Origin: Clostridia bacterium
Lineage (GTDB): Bacteria > Bacillota > Clostridia > Oscillospirales > CAG-272
Reading direction: 5' to 3'
Length of the DNA stretch: 64,000 nucleotides
NCBI GenBank assembly: GCA_017501545.1
Contig: JAFVWS010000044.1
Coordinates: 10,240 to 74,239, forward strand
Position 1 is the first letter of the stretch; each line of letters opens with the position of its first letter. The position numbers were made by a program, and so were the translations under genes. The notes below the pieces were generated by a model, which worked only from the letters and a program-made list of their open reading frames with translations, was not told where the DNA came from and did no database searches. Below are positions 9,336-18,193 of the stretch, one piece after another.

Positions 9336-9386
9336 CGAATTTTAGACACTGGGTGGGGCGTTTTAGCGCAAAATACGCACACAGGG
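9336..9386 (-). repeat. 51-bp dispersed repeat (copy A)
   Basis: The reverse complement matches 12178-12228 at 47/51 positions. Confidence 0.85.
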
Positions 9387-9429
9387 TTCGCTTTTCTTAA
9401 CAAGCACTGTATCTGTGAGTGCGAGTCTT

Positions 9430-9600
9430 AATGTATGGTTATAAGCTATGAAGCTCGCATTTGCTCGCCGCTGTGAGTTTGCTTCTCAAACGTTATGATA
9501 TGATCGCTCTGTTTCTTGAAACTGTGCCTAAGGCACATCATAACTTGGTGTAGCCAATCATAACTCTAAACTCGCTGAAGGCGACCATAACTGCGCGCCC
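9430..9600. repeat. Degenerate 'comb' element with core GTTATGA(T)/(A)TCATAAC
   Basis: GTTATAAG 9438, GCTATGAA 9445 and GTTATGAT 9492, versus ATCATAAC 9537, ATCATAAC 9557 and ACCATAAC 9584. Separated by mini-hairpins (TGTGCC-taa-GGCACA, TTGG-tgtag-CCAA, TCGC-tgaag-GCGA). Confidence 0.65.
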
Positions 9601-9651
9601 GCTCTATGGCAGAAGCGCCACAGGTCGGCACTTTTTGAAAACAAGAATAAG

Positions 9652-9677
9652 AAAAACGCACCAAGTGGTGCGTTTTT
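9652..9677 (-). terminator. Intrinsic terminator after pncC
   Basis: AAAAACGCACCA-ag-TGGTGCGTTTTT. Confidence 0.75.
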
Positions 9678-10178
9678 TCACTCTTCTCTGCTAAACAAAT
9701 AAACAAGCGCCTTGAAGATGTACTGCGCTGCTGCCTCTCTAACTGCATTTCTGCCCATATTTCCGAAATTGATGGTTTTTGAATCAAGCATACCGTTTAG
9801 ATATACGCCAAAGCAAACCATACCAACAGGCTTAGCCTCTGTGCCACCGCTTGGACCTGCAACGCCAGTTATACCAACGCTTATTTGCGCACCACTTTTT
9901 TCTGCTGCGCCCTTTGCCATTTGGCGTGCAACCTCCTTGCTTACAACTCCGTATTCTGAAATTGCCACAGGGGAAACGCCAAGCAGGTCGATTTTTGACT
10001 CGTTTGCATATGTGACGTAGGACTCCTTTAGCACAGCCGATGCATCCGGCACTGAAACAAGACGTGCGCAAGCAAGGCCACCCGTGCAGGACTCAGCAAA
10101 GGAAATTTTAAAGCCCTTCTCCTTTAAATATGAAACAACCTGCTCCTCATATGACGGAACTGCTTGTAAATTATCCAT
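9678..10178 (-). CDS. pncC: Nicotinamide-nucleotide amidohydrolase (CinA C-terminal domain)
   Basis: AESCTGGL, YANESK, GVVSKEVARQMA and GITGVAGPSGG motifs. Confidence 0.9.
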   Translation of the reverse strand: MDNLQAVPSYEEQVVSYLKEKGFKISFAESCTGGLACARLVSVPDASAVLKESYVTYANESKIDLLGVSPVAISEYGVVSKEVARQMAKGAAEKSGAQISVGITGVAGPSGGTEAKPVGMVCFGVYLNGMLDSKTINFGNMGRNAVREAAAQYIFKALVYLFSREE

Positions 10179-10376
10179 AAATATTCCTCCTTGGGTATAT
10201 CCAAAAGTAAATTAGATTTTTTTCTTAATAATAAATATATTATAGCATAAAGATATATCATTGTCAAATTTTGATTGAAATTGAAAAAATTGTGTGCTAT
10301 ACTATTGACTGTAACGTCGCATCTTGCGCGTAAAATCTGTTTAAAATAAAAAATCGACAAGACGCGCTTGCCGATT

Positions 10377-10451
10377 TGGAGCTGGTGATGAGATTTGAAC
10401 TCATGACCTGCTGATTACGAATCAGCTGCACTGCCACTGTGCTACACCAGC
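10377..10451 (-). tRNA. tRNA-Thr (anticodon CGT), CCA encoded
   Basis: Cloverleaf on the minus strand: acceptor GCTGGTG/CACCAGC, D arm GCAC/GTGC, anticodon arm GCTGA-TTCGTAA-TCAGC, T arm ATGAG-TTCAAAT-CTCAT, then T-CCA. Confidence 0.96.
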
Positions 10452-10464
10452 TTATAACATAGAT

Positions 10465-10493
10465 ATTTTACTATAATTAATAAATCTTGTCAA
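10465..10493 (-). promoter_or_regulatory. Sigma-A promoter for tRNA-Thr
   Basis: TTGACA (10493-10488), 17-nt spacer, TAAAAT (10470-10465), just upstream of the tRNA. Confidence 0.75.
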
Positions 10494-10505
10494 GGGGGTA
10501 AAGAA

Positions 10506-11411
10506 ATGAATTTGTGTGATGTATCAACCGTCAAAAAAATTATGGCGCGTTTTAATACCGGTACTAAAAAGTCGTTTGGACAAAACTTTTTAATAAATCA
10601 AGAAATTCCTTATGGTATAGCAAGAGAAAGCATTTCTTACCACTCGTCAGTGCATAAGGGCAAAAAAAGCGCAGTTATTGAAATTGGTCCTGGCATTGGC
10701 TCCTTAACCAGTGAGCTTTGTCAAGTCTACGACAAGGTAATTGCCGTTGAAATTGACAAAACCTTAATTCCAGTTTTGGAATACACCCTTGGCGAGCATC
10801 AAAACGTCAAGATTATTAACGAGGACTTTTTAAAAATAGACCTTGAAGGGCTATTCAAAAAAGAGCTTGACGGCTATGAGGTTAGCGTTTGCGCAAATTT
10901 ACCTTACTATATAACGACCCCTATCATTATGGCGCTTCTTGAAAATGCAAGGCGCGAAAATGGCACCTCAAGATTTACCTCAATTACAGTTATGGTGCAA
11001 AAGGAGGTTGCCCAGCGTCTTTGCGCAACGTGCAAAAAGGGTGATTACGGCGCAATTACTGCCTCGATTAACTATTATGGCGAGGTGAAAAAGCTGTTTG
11101 ACGTCTCCCCTGACAACTTTTTGCCAGCCCCAAAGGTTACCTCAAGTGTGGTAAGGATTGAGCTTTATTCTGAGCCAAAATATAAGGTAATAGACGAAAA
11201 AATGCTATTTGACGTGATTGGTGGTGCATTTTTGCAGAGAAGAAAGACGCTTTTAAATTCACTTTCCAGTGCATTTCCTCATATTTCAAAGGAAAAAATA
11301 TCAAATATAATAGAAAATTCAGGCTTTGACGTATCAATTCGTGGCGAGAAGCTCTCAATTGAGGATTTTTGTCGCCTCAGCGATGAATTTTCAAGGGAGA
11401 ATAATAAATAA
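10506..11411 (+). CDS. rsmA: 16S rRNA m6,2A dimethyltransferase
   Basis: KKSFGQNFL, EIGPGIGSLT, ANLPYYITTPI, MVQKEVAQR and RGEKLS. Confidence 0.95.
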   Translation: MNLCDVSTVKKIMARFNTGTKKSFGQNFLINQEIPYGIARESISYHSSVHKGKKSAVIEIGPGIGSLTSELCQVYDKVIAVEIDKTLIPVLEYTLGEHQNVKIINEDFLKIDLEGLFKKELDGYEVSVCANLPYYITTPIIMALLENARRENGTSRFTSITVMVQKEVAQRLCATCKKGDYGAITASINYYGEVKKLFDVSPDNFLPAPKVTSSVVRIELYSEPKYKVIDEKMLFDVIGGAFLQRRKTLLNSLSSAFPHISKEKISNIIENSGFDVSIRGEKLSIEDFCRLSDEFSRENNK

Positions 11412-12151
11412 TGCTACTTGGAACGTTAGTAAATACCGCTACCGTAATTCTTGGCTCACTTTTTGGTGTTTTGCTTGCTAAATTTTTTAACAAAAGCAAA
11501 AGGCTAAGGAAATTACCGGATGCGCTAATGAAGGCGATTTCCGTTTTCGTTGTGTTTATAGGAATAAAGGGTGCGTTTGAAACGGATAAGTTTTTAGTTG
11601 TCCTAATTTCGCTCGTTTTGGGCACCTTGATAGGCTCACTACTAAAAATAGACGAGGGAATTAAAAAATTTGGTGATTTTGTTGAAAGAAAGCTAACCAA
11701 AAAGAAAAAGGAAGCACCCGTTCAGACTGAGGATGGAGAAGAGGTAAGCCAAAAAAGCTTTTCTCGTGCATTTGTTTCAACCTCACTTACGTGCTGTGTG
11801 GGCGCAATGTCAATTACAGGCGCCTTGAAGGCAGGCATGGAGGGAGACCACAGCATACTCTTTGCTAAAAGCGTGCTTGACTTTATAACTGCATTTGTAT
11901 ATTCATCAGCCTTTGGAATAGGCTCAATTTTATCATCAGTAGTCGTATTTTTATACCAAGGACTAATTGAGCTTGGTGCAGGCGCCCTTGCAGGCATTTT
12001 AGAGTCCTCGGTTAATGAAATTTCAGCAGTTGGCTCATTAGTCGTAATGGCACTTGGCTTTAATATGCTTGGCGCAACAAAAATAAAAATTGCTAATATG
12101 CTACCAGCTATATTTTTACCTGTTTTCCTTTGCTTGTTGCCTTGCTTCTAA
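11411..12151 (+). CDS. DUF554 family membrane protein
   Basis: GTLVN...GS.FG start, FVSTSLTCCVGAM and AKSVLDF motifs; multiple TM helices. Confidence 0.85.
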   Translation: MLLGTLVNTATVILGSLFGVLLAKFFNKSKRLRKLPDALMKAISVFVVFIGIKGAFETDKFLVVLISLVLGTLIGSLLKIDEGIKKFGDFVERKLTKKKKEAPVQTEDGEEVSQKSFSRAFVSTSLTCCVGAMSITGALKAGMEGDHSILFAKSVLDFITAFVYSSAFGIGSILSSVVVFLYQGLIELGAGALAGILESSVNEISAVGSLVVMALGFNMLGATKIKIANMLPAIFLPVFLCLLPCF

Positions 12152-12177
12152 GCTAATAAAAATGCAAAAAAGTGTCA

Positions 12178-12228
12178 CCCTGTGTGCGTGTTTTGCACTA
12201 AAACACCCCACCCTGTGTCTAAAATTCG
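12178..12228 (+). repeat. 51-bp dispersed repeat (copy B)
   Basis: 47/51 identical to the reverse complement of 9336-9386. Confidence 0.85.
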
Positions 12229-12269
12229 CACTTTTAAGCCTTGAAAAACAGACACTCCCCACGCCTTTA

Positions 12270-12590
12270 GCGTGATACTCTTAACGGAGTATCACGCAAT
12301 CAAATCCGTCTTCGACGGGTGAAATCCACCTTAGGCGGATGAAATCGCTTTCGCGATGAAATCCTGCTTCGCAGGGCTGCAACCTGACGGATTTGATTTC
12401 ATCCAAGGGCTTGACCTTGGATTTCATCTGAGCAAAGCGAAGATTTCATCGTGGTGTAACCACGATTTCATTAAACCAACAAAAAAGAGAGAACGTTTCG
12501 GATAGACCGATTTGTTCTCTCTTTCTGCTTGTGTAGGGGTTCCCCGAAACGAATGTAATGAGCTTTGGGGGTTCACGTATATGGGCTTGA
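12270..12590 (-). repeat. 'Comb' repeat element copy 2 (core GATGAAATC/GATTTCATC), left end missing
   Basis: Same 28-nt hairpin (reverse complement at 12270-12297). Shares CAAGCAGAAAGAGAGAACAAA with copy 3. Abuts the GH95 stop codon. Confidence 0.8.
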
Positions 12591-12592
12591 GC

Positions 12593-14962
12593 TTATTTTG
12601 TGAAATCAAGCGTCTCGTTTTTGCCACCCTTAAGCGCTATTTTGTAAGAGCCTTCGCCACAAGGCACAGCCTCTACACTTGATTTTAAAAGGGTCGAGTA
12701 ATCACGAGATGAAAGGGTAATTTCAGTATCATTTTTTGCTAAAAGTGATACCTGCGCATGTGATTTATCCCATTTGATGGAAACAGAGGTGCCCACTTGA
12801 GTGTATAGATTTGTTACATTGCCACACTCAAGGCCATCTGGTAGTGCAGGTAAAATATCAAGCACACCCTTAGGTGTAGAATATAGCAGTGATTCGTAAA
12901 CGGCAGATGTAAAGCCCATATTCGCATCGATTTGATAAGGTGGCTTGCCACAATGGATATATTTCAGAGTTACACCCATATTGCGCCAGTCGTTATGGTA
13001 GGTGAATAGGTTTTGACCAGTGCAGAAGCGAAGAAGCAGGTCAAGACATTCCTTAACACCACGTCCGTCCTTTAATCTTGCGTAAATATTCGCCATATGG
13101 GCAAGTGACCAGCCAGTTTGCTCCTTTAAGCCAATTACAAGGCGCTTTTCAACTGCAACCCTCATTGCCTCAAACAGCTCACTGTTTTCATAGCCTACCT
13201 CATAGCCAGGGAATAGTGGATAAATATGAGATTGGTGTCTGTGGTGGTAGTTGTCAAGAAAGTCACCGTGTAGCCATTCCTTAATAGCACCGTCGGAGTT
13301 GATTTCATACTCTGGAATAGCACTAAGCATTTTTTTCCACTCCACCACCTTTTCTTGGTCGGTGTTAAGAAGCTCACTTGCTTCGATAAGGTTGGTCAAA
13401 AGCTCCTTTAGAAGTGCAAAATCCATGGTTGGGTTAATAGAGACGCTGATTTCTCCACCACCCTCGAAAATGCCGTTTGGTCTATTCTCTGGGGAGTTGG
13501 CAGGGTATGACTTTAGCTTGCCGTTTTCATCGTAAACGTAAAAGTCCTCGTAGAATTGCGCACATTCCTTCATAAATGGATATGCACGTTCTCTTAAAAA
13601 GTCTAAATCCTTGGTGTACTGGTAGTATTCGTAGTAGATTGCACTAATCCAAGCAGAGCTACCTGTCCAGTATAAGACGTGAGGCTGTAAATTTTTCTTT
13701 TTACCGCACCCGTTGTCCATAAATAGGGGTAAAAGTAGTCCACGACAGCCATATAGCTTGCGCGCATTTTCGCGATAATCCTCTTTAAATTTATCATAGA
13801 GGTTGAATAGTGGCAAAAGCGATTCGCTAAGTCCACCACGGCAAGCCTGCCAGTATGCCATTTGAATATTTTCGTTGTTGAAATATGTGCAAGCCCAGGC
13901 AGGAGAATAGTCACCATTCCACATTCCTTGTAGGTTTGCAGGATAATTACAGCCAACGGAGGAGGAAATTAACAGGTATCTACCGAAATCAGCCATTTTT
14001 TCAATTAGGCGAGGGTCAACCTTGCCGTTATAGCTGTCTAAAAGTAGCTCCTCACAGGAAGAGTTTTCACCCTCGCAAAGAGAGAGTCTGGTTCTGTTAA
14101 AAAGTGAAGAAAAAGCGACCCTGTGTGCGTTTTTTATCTCCTCATAGCCGTTTTCAAACGTCAATTTATCATATAAAGCCTCGCCACCGACATGGCACTG
14201 ATCAGCTGTGATTGCAATAACTATTTCGCAAGCATCCCTGATTCCGAGAAAGCCATCAAATGCGCTTGTGCCACACATATCAATTTTTCTTTGCTTACCC
14301 TTGGCAAGATAAATTTCACCATCTGTTTTTATAATTTTTATCATGCCCGAGTAGTGTAGCCCGCCCATTGTCTTAAACTCAGAGTAGATTGCGCCATTAT
14401 ACATCTCGGTCCTTTGCTCAGAGCTTCCACCAGCGTCGGGTAAATCATATAAATCATGCTTTTCAAGCGCAAGCTTTACGCCGAATTTTTTGTCAGCACT
14501 AAGCCTTACGAAAACTGCATTTTCCTTGCTGGATGCGAGGATTTCACGGCTTAATTTAGCACCATTTTCCTTATAGGAAACGCTTGCAATACCATTTTCT
14601 AAATCAAGGCATCTTTGGTAGTCGGTAAAAAAGCCCTCGTTATCAAAAAGAAGGTGCATATCAAAGGCAGGATAGAATTTTCCGCTTGATGGGCGATAGC
14701 CCTTTTCCTCAAGCCTTTTAGTGTAGTAGCTCTCAGCGGTTATATAATCCCCCTTGTCCATAAGGTCGCGTACTTCCTTTAGGGAGCTTGAAATATCAGG
14801 GATTTCCTTGTCCTCACACCAGTTAAACAGCGCCTCGTGATTTATTAAAATCCTCTCGTCATAGACTGCACCATAAATAAGAGCGCCAAGTGTGCCATTG
14901 CCGATAGGTGTTGCATCGTTCCACCTTGTTGCAGGGTATTTGTTAATAAGTATTTTTTCCAT
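12593..14962 (-). CDS. GH95 alpha-1,2-L-fucosidase-like glycoside hydrolase
   Basis: ATPIGNGTLGA, FGRYLLISSS, PANLQGMWN, NENIQMAYW, SPEN, HRHQSH and YQIDANMG motifs. Probable start is the ATG at 14962. Confidence 0.9.
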   Translation of the reverse strand: MEKILINKYPATRWNDATPIGNGTLGALIYGAVYDERILINHEALFNWCEDKEIPDISSSLKEVRDLMDKGDYITAESYYTKRLEEKGYRPSSGKFYPAFDMHLLFDNEGFFTDYQRCLDLENGIASVSYKENGAKLSREILASSKENAVFVRLSADKKFGVKLALEKHDLYDLPDAGGSSEQRTEMYNGAIYSEFKTMGGLHYSGMIKIIKTDGEIYLAKGKQRKIDMCGTSAFDGFLGIRDACEIVIAITADQCHVGGEALYDKLTFENGYEEIKNAHRVAFSSLFNRTRLSLCEGENSSCEELLLDSYNGKVDPRLIEKMADFGRYLLISSSVGCNYPANLQGMWNGDYSPAWACTYFNNENIQMAYWQACRGGLSESLLPLFNLYDKFKEDYRENARKLYGCRGLLLPLFMDNGCGKKKNLQPHVLYWTGSSAWISAIYYEYYQYTKDLDFLRERAYPFMKECAQFYEDFYVYDENGKLKSYPANSPENRPNGIFEGGGEISVSINPTMDFALLKELLTNLIEASELLNTDQEKVVEWKKMLSAIPEYEINSDGAIKEWLHGDFLDNYHHRHQSHIYPLFPGYEVGYENSELFEAMRVAVEKRLVIGLKEQTGWSLAHMANIYARLKDGRGVKECLDLLLRFCTGQNLFTYHNDWRNMGVTLKYIHCGKPPYQIDANMGFTSAVYESLLYSTPKGVLDILPALPDGLECGNVTNLYTQVGTSVSIKWDKSHAQVSLLAKNDTEITLSSRDYSTLLKSSVEAVPCGEGSYKIALKGGKNETLDFTK

Positions 14963-15001
14963 TTTTAATGCTTCCTTCTTGTCTTTAGGCTTCATAAAAA
15001 C

Positions 15002-15081
15002 AGTATATCATACCTTTACTTATGTGTCAATCGCTTTAAGCCTTAAATATGCTTGACATTTACATCTGTAAATGATACAAT
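15002..15081. promoter_or_regulatory. Back-to-back sigma-A promoters with an operator-like palindrome
   Basis: Minus strand: TTGACA 15030-15025, N17, TATACT 15007-15002. Plus strand: TTGACA 15053-15058, N17, TACAAT 15076-15081. Both have a TG extension. CATTTACA-tc-TGTAAATG at 15057-15074. Confidence 0.75.
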
Positions 15082-15120
15082 CAAAATAGCTGATTAAATT
15101 TACAGCCAAGGAGAAAAATT

Positions 15121-16413
15121 ATGAGTATTCAAAGTGAAAGAGCATTAAGAACAAAGGAGTATTGCCACGACCGCTTCGGTATGTTTATACACTGGGGTCT
15201 TTATTCAATCCCAGCAATCGGTGAGTGGATGCGCTCAACGGAAAGAGTTACAATTGAGGACTATCAAAAATATTTTGACACCTTTGACCCAGTAAATTAC
15301 GACCCAAAAAAGTGGGCTAAGCTTGCTAAACAGGCTGGTATGAAATATGCAGTGCTTACAACAAAGCACCACGACGGCTTTTGCCTTTTCGACAGCCAAT
15401 ATACAGACTATAAGGCAACCAACACTAAAGCAGGACGTGACCTTGTAAGAGAGTACGTTGATGCCTTCCGTGCAGAGGGAATTAAGATAGGCTTTTACTA
15501 TTCACTTCTTGATTGGCACCACCCAGATTATCCAGCTTATGAGGATGCACACCATCCAATGAGAGGCAACGAGGCATATAAGGAGCAAAGGGGACAACAC
15601 TTTGAGCGCTACGTTGAATATATGCATAATCAAGTAAGGGAGCTTCTTACTAACTATGGAAAAATTGATATAATTTGGTTTGACTTCTCGTATGACGATA
15701 TGACTGCTGAGAAGTGGGAGGCAACCAAGATGGTTAAAATGGCAAGGGAGCTTCAGCCTGGTATCATTATTGATAACCGTATGGGTGGCGACGTTTGCTC
15801 AGCCGAGCCGGAAATTTATTCAGGCGACTTCGCATCTCCCGAGCAAATGATTCCAGCCTGGGGCGTGCGTGATGTAAATGGCGACCCTGTTCCTTGGGAA
15901 ACCTGCATTACCTTGAACGGTCACTGGGGCTACTGCGCTAAGGATATGAACTACAAAAGCGCTAAAAACGTAATCAATATGCTTATGGAGTGCGTAAGCA
16001 AGGGTGGAAACCTACTATTAAACGTTGGTCCAGATGCAAAGGGAAATATTCCAGACAAGAGCATTGAAATTCTTACCGAGGTTGGTGAGTGGATGCGCTT
16101 AAACTCCGAGGCAGTTTACGGCTGTGGCATTGCCGACATTCCAAAGCACGACTGGGGCAGAATTACAAAGGGAGAGGATGCAATTTATCTTTACATTCAG
16201 GACACTTGCTGTGAGGATATTGCAATCTATGATTGCCCATATAAGACAAAGGGCGCTGTGTTGCTTGCTGACGGAAGCTACGTAAGAATGCACGAGCCAT
16301 GGAATGCGCACAGCTACAAAACAAACGGCAAGGTGCCAGTATTTGTTCAAACACCTGAGTTTAGAAACCTAAACGGAAACGCAAACGTAATTAAAATTTA
16401 CATTGAAAAATAA
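15121..16413 (+). CDS. GH29 alpha-L-fucosidase
   Basis: RFGMFIHWGLYS, TTKHHDGFCLFDS, YYSLLDWHHPDY, IIWFDF, WETC and LLLNVGP. Confidence 0.95.
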   Translation: MSIQSERALRTKEYCHDRFGMFIHWGLYSIPAIGEWMRSTERVTIEDYQKYFDTFDPVNYDPKKWAKLAKQAGMKYAVLTTKHHDGFCLFDSQYTDYKATNTKAGRDLVREYVDAFRAEGIKIGFYYSLLDWHHPDYPAYEDAHHPMRGNEAYKEQRGQHFERYVEYMHNQVRELLTNYGKIDIIWFDFSYDDMTAEKWEATKMVKMARELQPGIIIDNRMGGDVCSAEPEIYSGDFASPEQMIPAWGVRDVNGDPVPWETCITLNGHWGYCAKDMNYKSAKNVINMLMECVSKGGNLLLNVGPDAKGNIPDKSIEILTEVGEWMRLNSEAVYGCGIADIPKHDWGRITKGEDAIYLYIQDTCCEDIAIYDCPYKTKGAVLLADGSYVRMHEPWNAHSYKTNGKVPVFVQTPEFRNLNGNANVIKIYIEK

Positions 16414-16598
16414 CCTATAAGCAAAAGGGGCTCAAGTAATTTGAGCCTCATTTATTTTGCGCAAAATTATAAAAAATGTGTAAACTGTCGCATTTTGTAT
16501 TGACAAGAAAGAATTTATTTGTTAAACTAATTTTGTCTATTTTTTTATTTTTAAAATTTATATTTTATTATAGAAAGCTATAAGAAAGGACGGATACG

Positions 16599-18188
16599 AT
16601 GGACAAGGAACAAGAGGTTTTAATAGAACCTGTATCCGAAAAGCCAAGCAGTAGCCCCGGTGAGAATATGGAAAAATCCATATCCAGTGTGGGTAAGCGC
16701 TATGTTGGCTTTGACAGACTTAAGAAAAAGGTCACGTTAAATAGAATACTAAAAACAGTCTTTGTTGGTCTTGCCTCTTGCTATTTTGTAAGTGCAATTT
16801 TACTGCTTTTGGCAATAAGAATTCCAACACCACCAGAATTAAAAAGCCCGCTTATAGGAGTCTCAATATTACTCGGTATGGTGATAGGTGGCTTGGTGGG
16901 GGTAGGCGTTTACTTCATTCAGGCAAAAAGCGACATGGGCTTGGCAAAGAAATTCGACAGCGACTTTGCCTTAAAGGAGGGTATGCAAACCTCACTTGAA
17001 TTTTCCGGTGACACCTCAACAATGAAGGTTCTCTTGGACGAGGATTTAAGGGTTAGAGCGTCTAAGGTTGATACTAAGCAAATCAAAATCAAGAAGCTCC
17101 CGCTTTATATTGTGGCACTCGCACTTAGTGCTACTATGGTAATTTCAATGGTGTTTGTGCCGTTTAATGTCATAGTCAAAAAGCCAGAGCCCGAGACACC
17201 ATTTAAGCTTACTGAAATGCAGGAGGCACAGCTTGAGGCTATTGCCATAAGGGTTGAGTCATCGGCGATGGAGCAAGGCGCTAAGGAGCAGGTTGCAAGC
17301 GAGGTAAGGGCGCTTAAGGACGCACTTAAGGTAACAAGCCTTAAAAGCGATGCTGACCAGTTAATTACACTAAGCACTGAAAAAATCGACGAAATTACAA
17401 GAAAAACCGGTACAAGCTACCTAATTCACGATATTTTAATTGAGGACGACACAGCCTTCACAAGAGAAATTGCAAGGCTGATTACAATGCTTGACTGGGA
17501 AAAATACTCCTCAAAGCGCGAAAAAATAAGAGCGGGCTTTGAGCATAAGGAATTCGGCACTGAAATGGCTGATATCCAAAAGATAAATAAGGAAACTGCA
17601 AAGAAAATAAGTGAGGCGTCAAGTGGACTTAAAAGCGCGCTTGAGGTAAGCGGTCTTGACACTGCCGACCCACTTTATAGCGAGCTTTCAGAGTGCGCAA
17701 TAGAGCTTGAGCTTTTAGCCTCTGACCTTGAAAATGGCTACATAAACTATCTAAATACGGTTGGTAGCAAGGAGGGCAACGGTCAAATTATTGAAGCGAT
17801 AAGCAACGATATATTTGCCCAGCTTGACAAGCAAAATCAAAGCTACTCAGTTGGCTTTGGCGCATCAGACGAGATACGCAAAATGTTTGGTATGCCTATC
17901 CCACAAAGAGAGGATAACTCCTCTGAGGAAAAGCCTAAGGATGAGGGCGAGACAGAGGACGAGGACGAGGACAAAAAGGGCGACGGTGGATATGGCGAGG
18001 GCGACGTGTTTGGCTCAAACGACCTTATCTACGACAAGGATAAAAACGCACACATTAAGTATGGCGAGGTAATTGATATTTATTATCAGCTAATGGGTAG
18101 CGAAAACTATACAGACGAAGAAAAGCAGGTTATACAAGAGTATTTCGAGACATTATTCCGTGGACTCGAGGAAGAGAAAGGTGAGTAA
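16599..18188 (+). CDS. Membrane-anchored helical protein, first gene of the MoxR cluster
   Basis: Three N-terminal TM segments, a helical body, an acidic linker with GDGGYGEG, and a C-terminal QVIQEYFETL. Only 5 nt separate it from moxR. Confidence 0.7.
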   Translation: MDKEQEVLIEPVSEKPSSSPGENMEKSISSVGKRYVGFDRLKKKVTLNRILKTVFVGLASCYFVSAILLLLAIRIPTPPELKSPLIGVSILLGMVIGGLVGVGVYFIQAKSDMGLAKKFDSDFALKEGMQTSLEFSGDTSTMKVLLDEDLRVRASKVDTKQIKIKKLPLYIVALALSATMVISMVFVPFNVIVKKPEPETPFKLTEMQEAQLEAIAIRVESSAMEQGAKEQVASEVRALKDALKVTSLKSDADQLITLSTEKIDEITRKTGTSYLIHDILIEDDTAFTREIARLITMLDWEKYSSKREKIRAGFEHKEFGTEMADIQKINKETAKKISEASSGLKSALEVSGLDTADPLYSELSECAIELELLASDLENGYINYLNTVGSKEGNGQIIEAISNDIFAQLDKQNQSYSVGFGASDEIRKMFGMPIPQREDNSSEEKPKDEGETEDEDEDKKGDGGYGEGDVFGSNDLIYDKDKNAHIKYGEVIDIYYQLMGSENYTDEEKQVIQEYFETLFRGLEEEKGE

Positions 18189-18193
18189 TTAAA

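Noticed and set aside
10377-10451. tRNA-Thr as an integration site
   Set aside because: I found no duplicated tRNA 3' end, no integrase and only housekeeping neighbours.
12424-12627. Short ORFs over repeat elements (12424..12627, 9566..9787, 39367..39573)
   Set aside because: They coincide with palindromic non-coding elements and show no protein-like features.
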